A stretch of 64,000 bases of DNA from the human T2T-CHM13v2.0 reference genome, Homo sapiens. Location: the NCBI RefSeq assembly GCF_009914755.1, contig NC_060926.1. The stretch is one strand, 5' to 3'. A program made the translations under genes and the position numbers. A model generated the notes under the pieces. That model searched no databases. It worked only from the letters and a program-made list of their open reading frames with translations, and was not told where the DNA came from. Below, in pieces: positions 25,613 through 36,696 of this stretch. Position 1 is the first letter of the stretch. Every line of letters begins with the position of its first letter.

Positions 25613-25857
25613 GTGAGGCAGCTGCAGGAGGATGCAGCCCGCCTCCAGGCGGCCTATGCGGGTGACAAGGCCGACGATATCCAGAAGCGCGAGAACGAGG
25701 TCCTGGAAGCCTGGAAGTCCCTCCTGGACGCCTGTGAGAGCCGCAGGGTGCGGCTGGTGGACACAGGGGACAAGTTCCGCTTCTTCAGCATGGTGCGCGA
25801 CCTCATGCTCTGGATGGAGGATGTCATCCGGCAGATCGAGGCCCAGGAGAAGCCAAG
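25613..25857 (+). CDS. SPTBN1: beta-II spectrin exon 15
   Basis: tcacag|GTGAGG...CCAAG|gtaacg; [22 protein letters not shown]...AQEKP. Confidence 0.96.
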
Positions 25858-27073
25858 GTAACGCTTTCAGCCCAAAGGAAATTGGACTTATTGGCGCTTG
25901 GTTAAAACACAGGAGTCTTCCAGAGAGAAGCAGGAGCCTTGAAAGCGTTCCTGCCTGAGCGCTTCAAGGCCAGAGTGGGGGTGGGGCGGTGCTTGGAGTG
26001 CGGCACCACTGCTTGCCTCGTGCACTTGGCTCGTGCACACCATCACCAGGGAATGTGGGAGCCTGGGGTTATCAAAGCCTGTCCCATTCTCCCTACTCCT
26101 GGCTCCCTTGACCCACAGTCACTCAGGCCCTCTTGCCCACATATGTGCTTGAAGTAGGACCTTGGGCTTCAAGTAGCCACGTACCTTGGACATGACTAAC
26201 TGCCCCGTCTTTGCAATGAGATGACTTTTCTGAGTTATTTTTCTGTGCCTGCTTTTTGGATTAAAGACCACTCTATCCCTTTCCATGCACATTACTAAAG
26301 GTGTCACCCTCAACATCTGCTTTAATATGGTGTCCTTGGGTTATTATTTAATATTTGTCCTATATCTTTGGCTTTGTTTCATGCAAATTAGTGAAGAGAA
26401 GTTAATAGAGGAACACACAGGTACATATTTAACCTCCAGTTCACCCCTCTGCCAGCTCCAGCCCCCACTGTAATTGAGAAACTATGCTGCAATAAAAGGG
26501 ATTTTTTATGATATATATTTTTTTGAAGCAGTTGTATTTCCTGGATCAGGATCAGTAGGTTTTGATCCATGCTGGTCACTGCTGTCTAGGCTAGTTCCCA
26601 TCCTGTGTATCTTTTTGTGTCTGAATAAGGAGACCGTATTAGCTGCTCTTTGATATGGCCATCCTGAATCTTTGACAGCTAACTCATCAAGGTGCGATTG
26701 CGGCACCTCTTGCTGCTTCTCTACTTTCTAGAAGAGAGTCTTTCTGACTTGCATTTCAAAGTAAAAGTTTGAACAGAAAACCATTGCTTTTTCTGGCACC
26801 CACCTAGCAACCATTTTGAATTATTCAGGCACACACACAAAAACAAAAGCAGCCATATTCTACAGTTTGGTTACCTGGCTGGTACTGAACTGTGCTGTCA
26901 CTGTGCTTTGGCTCCAGTGGCCCAGCCTAAGCTCAGGGAGTGATTCAGACCTGAAAGACCATCAGTTTCTTTCAAGGCCATCAGTTTCTTTCAAATTAAT
27001 TGTGTGTTTTAAAACCTACACATTTTTTGAAAAGCTTGATCTCCTAACGGAGGCATCGTTTGTCTAATTTTAG

Positions 27074-27212
27074 GGATGTATCATCTGTTGAACTCTTAAT
27101 GAATAATCATCAAGGCATCAAAGCTGAAATTGATGCACGTAATGACAGTTTCACAACCTGCATTGAACTTGGGAAATCCCTGTTGGCGAGAAAACACTAT
27201 GCATCTGAGGAG
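27074..27212 (+). CDS. SPTBN1: beta-II spectrin exon 16
   Basis: ttttag|GGATGTA...GAGGAG|gtaggt; (R)[20 protein letters not shown]...HYASEE. Confidence 0.96.
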
Positions 27213-27917
27213 GTAGGTTGCTACTTTGCTTTGGAGCTGCAGCTGGCGTCAAGATGTAAAATGACTTTGTTTTATATGTTTGTGTGTGTCAGAGATACTG
27301 TGTTTACATTCTTATACACACACACATATGTTTTAAAACTCCTTTCCTGTGCGTCTAGAATAATGCAATTATGCAAGACTCTAGGCCCAGGCTGGTAAAT
27401 CTCTGGCACAGAAGACAATTTTTGAGGGCTACAAAATGGACTCCGCATCCTCCCCAATCAGTACTCTTTCTAGGTGACGCCAATGTCCATTGACTATGCC
27501 CTAGATCAGTTTGCTGTTGAGTGCATGGTTGGTGATTCTGGTTAGGATGGTGGTAATAAAGAGGTAAATTATTAGGTGCGTGTGTGGCCCCCTGCATGGG
27601 AATGGGCATCCTCTCCAAGAGGTCAGGGCTTTGTCCGTCTTGCTGTCCCTCTCCTGAACGTGTTTGCCGCAGGGAGCCTCCTCACGACAAAACAGCTTTG
27701 GCAGGGCTTCCGCGCCTTCCTCCAGCCCCTTCTGGAAGGAGCAGTGCTATGCTTTTCTTTCCTCTCCCAGTCCTCAGACAGACTGAGCAGTCCTTAGATA
27801 TCTCCCAGCTTAATGGTGGTCTTTGCAGAAAATGTATTTTTCTAGTATAAAATGACCCCATCAAGAGGATGTGGTGCATTCCATTAAGATGTCCCGGGGA
27901 TCCTCTTTTTCATACAG

Positions 27918-28002
27918 ATCAAGGAAAAATTACTGCAGTTGACGGAAAAGAGGAAAGAAATGATCGACAAGTGGGAAGACCGATGGGAATGGTTAAGACT
28001 GA
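27918..28002 (+). CDS. SPTBN1: beta-II spectrin exon 17
   Basis: atacag|ATCAAG...ACTGA|gtaagg; IKEKLLQLTEKRKEMIDKWEDRWEWLRL. Confidence 0.95.
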
Positions 28003-29413
28003 GTAAGGATGTAGTTTATCTTTCTGCTCTTTTGGGTATCAATGGAAAACATGCACGTTTATTTTCTTGCTTTAATTCATTAATGTTATCATTTAAAGAT
28101 TGTTCGAGTTGTAGATGCCTTTTTAGTGCCCCGTTTCACCATTTCATGGTAAATACTACTTTTAAGAAGCTTCCTATGGCGTAGTCATTTTTCACCTCTT
28201 GATTGATCTCAGTGTCATAGGTGGGATTTGGATGTTCTTTAGGGATGACAGAGGGCACCTCCCTGGGAGAATACAGATAGAAGCCCTCTCCCCCATTTGT
28301 CTTCAAGAATTCTTACTACAGAATCAAGTTGGAAAGTTGATCTCATTAAGTCATATTTGGTGCTCTTAGTGGAATGTTGATAACATAATAAAAACTAACA
28401 TCTATTAAAATTTTGCTGTGAATGAGGCATTGTTCTAAGTGGTTTTTTAATGTATTTCTGTGTTTATTCCCCAAAGTGACCCTGTGAATTAGATTCTATT
28501 TTTAATTCTCATTTTATAAGGGAATATGTGAGCTAATACAGGGTTTATAATGTACAGTATTAGGAATAGCATTTCATAATTGGTATGAGCACTAACAGCG
28601 CAATTCTAGCATTGCTTACCATGCTTTGCCATTCTCTGTTGGAGTTCTGGGCTCTGTCCTTATGTTCTAACTCCATCTATGCATGTTATGGGGGTTTACT
28701 AGAAACCAAATGCAAGGGCCTTTTCTGAGAGGTTTGACGGCACACTCTGTTGGGCCCAGAGCCCTCAGAAATCCCACTTTTTGACCATTCTTTGCAGGAG
28801 GATTTGGTCTGTATGTTTTGAGAATTGTGGGGCAGTTTCATTCAGCTCAGCAAAACCCACATTACACACTGAACCGGGCACCAGCTTGTACACCAGGGAC
28901 ACAGTGATATGCACAGTCCCTGCCTTGAAAAGCCAGTAAGTCCCTAGTGCAGAGGTGGCATCTTCTTCATGTAGTCATGTTGGGGGCTACCGAGGTGCTG
29001 AAAGCAGATAGCTAGCCAGCTCCTTGGGACACCAACGCTGCCCACAGTCCATTTTTTACCTCAATGATCCCAGGCTTTGCTGCATGAAATGAAGTGAAAA
29101 TCAGTGTTAACTATAGCAGAAAGCCTGGTTCTAACCTACCTTCTCATAACTATGTTGGAACTAGTGTTCCATTTCCTCACAGGTGGAAGAACAGAATGAA
29201 ACAGAGCAAAAGCCTTGGTCCCCACCATCTGTAGTGTTCCCATATCCTTCCCTCCCTCTAAACCCCCCAAAATAAAACACACAACTACCGCCCAAAAGAG
29301 GGCGAGTTAAGAATGCCTGCCCATCTGGCTACGTGTAGATTGTGAATTCCTGCAGGTCTCTGAAGGCTTAGCTCATGAAGTGGGGCCGAGTGAACAGAGC
29401 GTTCACTGTAGAC

Positions 29414-29723
29414 CTGCGCTGAGCAGTATGATAGCTGCTTTCCCACGTGTGGCTCTTGAGAACTTGAAATGTCTCAAATTGAGATGGGCAGTGAATGTGT
29501 GCCGTAAAATGCACATCAGATTTAGATTTAGAAGAAAAAAGATTGTAACAGATCTCAATAGTTTTTTTCATATTGATTACATGTTGTAATAATTTTATAC
29601 ATATTATGTGAAATACACTATTAAAGTTAATTTCACCTATTTATTTTTACTCTTTTTAATGTGGCTACTGGAAAAGTCAAAGTTGCAAGTGTGGCTCACA
29701 TTACATTTACATTGGACAGGGCT
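29414..29723. mobile_element. MER33-like hAT-Charlie element
   Basis: CTGCGCTG...ATATTGATTACATGTTG...TTAATTTCACCT...AATGTGGCTACT...ATTGGACAG. Confidence 0.75.
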
Positions 29724-29853
29724 AATTTAGAGTAGACGATAGACTGGTTATGCAGGTAGCCATCACCAGAGGGCAGCAGTGCCAAGAGGTAAGGCCATAT
29801 GACTGCCCGGCACCTCCTGGTCAACGTGTACTAACTCATGGTACCCTGTGCAG

Positions 29854-30050
29854 TTCTGGAGGTCCATCAGTTCTCAAGAGACGCCAGTGTGGCCGAGGCC
29901 TGGCTGCTTGGACAGGAGCCGTACCTATCCAGCCGAGAGATAGGCCAGAGCGTGGACGAGGTGGAGAAGCTCATCAAGCGCCACGAGGCATTTGAAAAGT
30001 CTGCAGCAACCTGGGATGAGAGGTTCTCTGCCCTGGAAAGGCTGACTACA
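29854..30050 (+). CDS. SPTBN1: beta-II spectrin exon 18 (partial repeat 17, tetramerization site)
   Basis: gtgcag|TTCTGG...ACTACA|gtaagt; (I)[17 protein letters not shown]...ALERLTT. Confidence 0.96.
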
Positions 30051-31157
30051 GTAAGTGGCCGCTGGGCCCTTTGTCTGTTGGTGCCCTGGGCAGCCTTTTC
30101 TTCCTGCTTGCCTCTTAGACCAGGGAATTCACACGATTGCTTGTTTTTGTTTTTTGGGTTTTTTTCAAGTAGTGAAGATCATCTTAAAATGGGTGGCTCC
30201 TGTGGAGCAGGACCTAGGGAGAGGGTCAGGACTGTTACCTCCTCAGTCACATCCTGGGCACCTGGATTTATGATCCCTTATAGTAGCTTCCTGCCTGGGG
30301 GTTGATTGGTGGTGTTTGCTTTTTTCTTCGAATCTTTCATTCTCCCCTATCTCATAAAAGCTTTGTTCTCAAGGGGGCATGGCCTCAAAATTTTCTTCAG
30401 AATTTCAGAATTAGAATTCCCATCAAATGGAAGCTTAATCCTAGCCTGTTGTTAAGTCCCCAGTCCTGATCCCCTCTTCTGTCAACATAAAGGCCTTAGA
30501 ATAGGATTTGTGCACTGGTGTTTCCTCTCCCAAGACTTTTGCATTCCTGGTAGAAAGCTGATCCTTTGCAGTGTACAAAAATGGTGTTTCTGGTTTCCAG
30601 TTCTGGGTGTTTAAAATGTACCTGCATACATTTGTGTTAAAACAGAGTACTTCTGGTACATCCATATGACTCATGAAATGGCTTTGTTTCAGTTAGACTA
30701 TTCTGTGGCTTTTTAATGTGTTGTTTGGGTTTTGGCTGAACACAGATCCCCACCACAGCACAAGCGGCTTCCTTGAGAATTATTGCAGCTCTGTCCCTGG
30801 TGTTTGTCTGAGCTCTCCTGGGGAGTCCAGCATGAACCCTCAGGCTCAGGTACTTTTCTCCTCAGCAGAGTTGAGAGTTGCATAGTTACTTTAGAAATTA
30901 AACCCAAGCTCCCAGGGGTCCTACAAACAACTCACAGGAATTTTGCCAGCCCATGGAATAGACTATTTCCTGTAGTTTTAGGTTGTAGCTGCAGTTCCTG
31001 TGAACCTAATTCCATTTGGCTCAGGATGTTAGAGCTTCTTGTCCAGTGTGGTCCAGTTTAGCAAACTAGACAGGAGGACTTCCTGGGTTCCTAGAACCTT
31101 TTTCTGAAAAGAGGCAGAGTTTGGGACTCTACCAAACATCACTCTATTTTCTCTTAG

Positions 31158-31270
31158 TTGGAGTTACTGGAAGTGCGCAGACAGCAAGAGGAAGAGGAGA
31201 GGAAGAGGCGGCCGCCTTCTCCCGAGCCGAGCACGAAGGTTTCAGAGGAAGCCGAGTCCCAGCAGCAGTG
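31158..31270 (+). CDS. SPTBN1: beta-II spectrin exon 19
   Basis: tcttag|TTGGAG...CAGTG|gtgagt; LELLEVRRQQEEEERKRRPPSPEPSTKVSEEAESQQQ. Confidence 0.95.
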
Positions 31271-31939
31271 GTGAGTCCCAGCAGCTCCAGAGGCTGGACC
31301 CTTAGCCTCGGTGGCCAATGAGGTTTATGGGGCATCTTTCTGAAGCCTTGCATTGCTAGGCCTAACCACATGCCCTGCCTACTGATTGCTTCCATAGACT
31401 GTTTAAAGGCTGTACAGTTATCCCTAAATAACCTTGGAGGGCACTGATTTGTCCACAGTCACATAGGTATGTAGGTGGCAGAAGTAGAATGTAGACAGTG
31501 CCCTTTCTCATCCTGTGTGCACACACACAGGATGCTCAGAACTTCCATATGATTAAATGCATGGAGTGAACTGCCCAGATTTTAGGCCAGTGATTTTGTG
31601 GTGATGCGTTTTTTGAGAGTTCTAAGTAACTTCACACAGAGGGCAGCAATTATTCTCTACTTCCAAAGGGCTAATTATTTTGCTATGGTAAGAGTTCCAT
31701 GGCAACCTCTAATGCTGCCTTTATGTGGTGGAGCGGGGCATAGGGCATTCCTGTAGTCGTATTTTTCTGTCTAGAGTCTATTTAAAACACTTGGAAGTTT
31801 CAGATTTAAAAAGAATTAAATTATGTGAAAAGGTTGCACGTAATAAAATTGAGTGATGATGTTCTCCCACCCTTTCTTACTGTTTCCTCTTTCTCCTCTT
31901 CTTCCTTTCCCTTCCTCCTTTTCCCCTCTTCCCTAACAG

Positions 31940-32003
31940 GGATACTTCAAAAGGAGAACAAGTTTCCCAAAACGGTTTGCCAGCTGAACAGGGATCTCCA
32001 CGG
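31940..32003 (+). CDS. SPTBN1: beta-II spectrin exon 20 (shared part; internal donor used by the long isoform)
   Basis: taacag|GGATACT...CCACGG|gttagt; (W)DTSKGEQVSQNGLPAEQGSPR, phase 0 into MAETVD. Confidence 0.94.
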
Positions 32004-32090
32004 GTTAGTTACCGCTCTCAAACCTACCAAAACTACAAAAACTTTAATAGCAGACGGACAGCCAGTGACCAGCCATGGTCTGGACTGTGA
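32004..32090 (+). CDS. SPTBN1: short-isoform-specific C-terminus (beta-II Sigma2, no PH domain) from donor read-through
   Basis: In-frame VSYRSQTYQNYKNFNSRRTASDQPWSGL then TGA; matches the known short C-terminal variant. Confidence 0.92.
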   Translation, partial: VSYRSQTYQNYKNFNSRRTASDQPWSGL

Positions 32091-34312
32091 AGTTCACTAC
32101 CATTTGTCAAGAATCACCCTTTCCAAATCCTCTGGGTTTTGACTTTTTGGCTTCCACTTCACCCAAAATGTTAAAATTTTTACTTAATTCATAGCCTTCC
32201 TTGGTTTCATATTTGTTTGCATTTAATTCATGTTTGAGTCTCTTAACTGATGGATGCCCACTTGCCTTAAAGCAGCATACTTATTTTTTGTTTATTTATT
32301 GTGAGCTTTTTACTTTATTAAGATTTTACAGCGAAACCCTTACATGAGTAATTGAAATGAAATTAAATGAGATTACAGCATAATGAAGAAGAAAACTAGA
32401 ATCTAACAGGTATGACACATTCAGTTATTCTAACAGGGCACAGTACTGTGCTATATGTAGCCGCCTTTACAGATGTTATTAACCTATAGTAGTTTACTAT
32501 TAACTAGGAAGACTGGTGTATGAGGAGGGAGACATTCTGTAATAAGATTAAAACCTAAAGTCAGCTGTGTAACATTCCATGAAAGATGCATTCATTTATT
32601 GAAGATGACAAAAAAGGGAGTCAGATATATTCTGGAAGCTATTTTAATTTTAGGCACACAATCTCATACATTTTGAGACCCTTGGGTCATTTATTACTTT
32701 TTACAAACTAGTTCCTCTCTTTTTTTCTGCCAAGTCCTGAATTGAAAACTGTAGGCTTCCTTGCACAGATGTTGCAGCCAGCCTCAGGAGTAAAGTGCCC
32801 GCTGACTGCTGCCGCCACCTCTGTCTCGCTCCCTGTCAGTGCTGCTGGCACGTGGGACGCGGCAGGTGACAGCCGTTCTCAGCATGTTTTAGAAGCTTGC
32901 CTCACAGACTTCCATGCCTCTCCATTCAGCCGATGACTTCAGGGTGTCAAACTGTTTTAATTTTTCAAACAAATGGAACAGAAGCCATTGTGGTTCATCC
33001 TGATTACTTGAACGTTGCACTTGGTGGACCGTGCCTGGGAGCGCTCGCATGCCCCCTGGCTTCAGAAGTCATGTCAGTGTCTCTGTAGACAAACTCCACT
33101 GTACATCTTGGATTAATCTTCTGATTCATTGTTCATTTTCTCAAGACTTTTTGTGGAATTCTCTGATAAAGGAAGCTTTTAGGATGGTATCTATCAGGCC
33201 ACCAGCAGGAATTGAAAATGTTTTCACAAAAATCCTTTTCCTTAGAAATAAAAGCTGGTGACAGAGATGGTTTCCTTGTACCGATAAAAACAAAACCAAA
33301 TCCATATTATACATCAAAACCTTGTGAGACATTCACTTGCTCTTTTGCCATATTTAGATGTGTCAGTGGAATCAGAAACCTGTTTTGATATGTGTTCTCT
33401 ATGAGTTAAGTCTGATTTGTCTTTTTATTTCATGATGCATGTCTTTTTTTTCTTTTGTCAGGATAACGTCATATAGCATCTTGTTTGTTTTTCCTTATCT
33501 CTATGTACATATCTATCTACTTCTGACTGTAGATGGGTATATAGATAGATGCCAAGCTTCTTATGTTCTGGGGGTAGTATGCATCATTATTGGGTCTCTG
33601 CCTTAAAACACATCAAAATTCATTTTAGACAAAAAAACTTCTGCTTTGTCTTTGGTCATTAGGGAGCTCTAATGTGTGTTTGTGGCTCCAAGTTACATTT
33701 TGTGTTTCATTGATCTATATGTATATATGTGATGTTTTCATATATATATGTGTGTGTGTTTAAATTTTGTATCATCAGGACTGACACCCAATTTGACACT
33801 TTTTGTATCTAGAAGACCCTCCAAAAAAGGAACCACATAAGCACACAAGAAAAGAGTGCTATGATGTTCTTAGCATTTGCTATCATGCCTATTTTTATCT
33901 AGATTTTTAAATGTAGCTTGTCATAACAAAATTTTAATTACAATTGGCTTGTATGAGAAGAAAAAGTATTTTTATTGTTTTGAGTGATGACGCAGAGACT
34001 CAGTGAACTTGAAAATAGCATTGCTTCGTGCACTTTGAATACCAATCAGGTGTTTTCTGTGCTACTAGTTGTCACGTTGCATTCATGTTCACCTCCTGAT
34101 TTAAGTATCTCGGGTGTGCCCAGCCACTAAAGCACTCTGGACTAATCGCTAAAGAGAAGCAACGTGGGGGGTGGGGTTGCGAGGGATGTGTTCACATGTA
34201 CCCATCATTTGATCATAGCACTGTGATTGCTTTTGATGTGTGTCTCTAGTGGTGTGCTGTCTGTTGGCATGCTTAAAGCACATGTCCATTAAAATTCATT
34301 TTGTTCCTTTTA
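32091..34312 (+). other. SPTBN1: 3'UTR of the short isoform (intronic for the long isoform); end approximate
   Basis: No recognisable transposon, AU/GU-rich; ends at ATTAAA 34288-34293 followed by a U/GU-rich tract. Confidence 0.7.
34288..34293 (+). terminator. poly(A) signal ATTAAA, likely end of the short isoform
   Basis: ATTAAA, upstream TGTA (34197), downstream TTTTGTTCCTTTTATTTTCCTTGTTTTCTTGG; a proximal AATAAA lies at 33247-33252. Confidence 0.65.
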
Positions 34313-36456
34313 TTTTCCTTGTTTTCTTGGTTAGTGATTCATTTGCATAAACATTAATGATCTCTGCATACTGGTTTGGGGTTTTCTCTTTCCTTCTAAC
34401 TCTAAAGAAAAAATTTTTGCTGCAGAATTATCCTCAGAAGAGGCTTCCCTGGCCTTCATCTACCTTGCAGTCTGACCAAGTATGATAAATTTTAGCCGTT
34501 TTCAAGGAAACATCTCTCTACCCAGGTCATTGCTGTCACTAGCAGCTTTCAAGTCAAACCTGCAGCACTAAATTTTTTTTTATCCTGGTTTCTCTACATA
34601 CTAACCCCATGTCTCTCTGGACTCACACCTGGCTCAGGCCTTCCAGACCAAACTCATACTTCCTCCTCACCAGAAGTTTCCGAATCTCACACTAGAGAAG
34701 ATTTGTCACCTTTAAAGTCCACTCACATTATTTTGACTCAGGGTTTTGTTTTTTGTCTATTTCCCCTCCTGCAACTCTCCTTTAAAAGTGAAAAGAGAGA
34801 GAATGGTTTAAGTAGTCTGTTGCTCATAAGCACGTGTCTGCAGTCTGTCACTTGCAAGGCCTTGGTGATCACCATGCAGCACTTGTGCGCACACACACCC
34901 CCACAAGTCTTTTTTCCTAATAATCCATTTTCCACATTGCCATGAGGGTAAAGGGTTCCAATCAAAACCACCATTAAACTGCATAGTTTCTAGTCTTCCC
35001 TCAGCCCTGATGCTAATTATGATAGTTTGCATAGACATAACTTAAACTTGTGATTCTCCCTCCTTCCAGAGCTTTTTGTAGCCCTTTTTCCCCCCAAAAT
35101 TAGTTTTGTTCAAAATCAAGCATTGGGCCCAGCCATTAAGATAAGACCTAATAAGTGAGAGATACAGTTCCCAAGAGTTTACAGATCCAGGTGTTCACAT
35201 GGTGGTGGCCAGTCTACCGTTTATCTTGTCAAGGTTGTTACTGCTAATTTGGTGTCACTTTGGTCTTGGGCAGCAGTGGTGGGCGACGTATCTAATGAGC
35301 GTGCCATTGACTTCTCCATGTTTGTCTGTGTACGAGGGGTGCAGGTTGTCTGTAATCCACTAAAGTGTCAGCCACACCCAGCTTTAGTAACTCGCTAATC
35401 GCACACCCTGGGTGTATCAGCCAGGGGCTGCTACAGTTAATGGTACACAGTTGATGGTACACAGGCTGAAAATGATAATGAATCAAGACCCTACTACATT
35501 TCCAAAGCCGAAAAGCCATGAGGGTTACAATTTAAATGAGCTTGGGAAGGAACGCTCCCGAAGACGTCTCCAGCCTGAAGGGTCAGAGCCGCTGGAAGCC
35601 TGGCTGTCTCTGGGCTTTCTCGTCTCAGTGCAGCAAGGCACCGTGATCAACCAACCCGTGATGGGGAAGGCCCTGGTTCTGTCTTTGTTTGGGGGTAAAT
35701 AGCTGTGTGGTGTTGAGTGACTGTGATTGGCTTTTCCAGCTCCTTTAACACAAACTACAACCCACTCACGATACAACTTCGGCAGATGTGGTCAAATTGA
35801 TGTTTGTTGACTTGCCTCATTTCCTTCCAGCTCTTAAGTTCCAAAGTCTAACTGGGATGGTAGATGTGAAATGCATGATTGTCGTCCTAATTTCTGCATG
35901 TGTTTATGACAATGTGTTGAGGGGAGGGGGAGGAGAGCCAGAGAGCATTTTCAGGAACCGAGGTCTTTCCTTGTCTTACTCTGGGGGAATGCCATGTAGC
36001 TCTGATAGAGTTGTCTATCGGTCTGTTTGTGAATGCCCTTTCGCTTAAACTTCCAGCCCTTCTGGTGGCATCCTTGGTTGTAAGGTGGCTGCTGTATAAC
36101 GTCCACTCTCTTTCATATTTAATATGTGTGATTGTTACTGTTGTCTTTTTGTTTTAAAGTAACCATAAGAGGAGATGATCTGAGTTATATTTATTGATCA
36201 GAGGAATAGAGTGCAGTAAAACTCATACTGGCATTTCGCTTTTCTCATTTCCCTGTAAATGGGCGGGTATTAATCCATTCCCACCTTCTAATGTCCTTGA
36301 TGTCCAGCTGGCTTTGTGGGTGTGCAATGGTTTTACTGTACTGCCTCGATCTGTGCCAGGCATTTATACACAGCCACATGTGCGAGTCAGGTAGAGCGTA
36401 TGTGGTCACCCCCATGGCTCACGGAGTTAGCTGAATGGCCTCTCCGCTGTCCCTAG

Positions 36457-36696
<240 letters not shown>

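Noticed and set aside
32088-32175. Stop-codon readthrough at either isoform's TGA (also 40571)
   Set aside because: The contexts are TGA-AGT and TGA-ACT, not the TGA-CTAG readthrough motif.
35412-35702. 96-aa intronic ORF as a cryptic exon or microprotein
   Set aside because: It has a non-ATG start, no convincing acceptor/donor pair and no recognisable homology.
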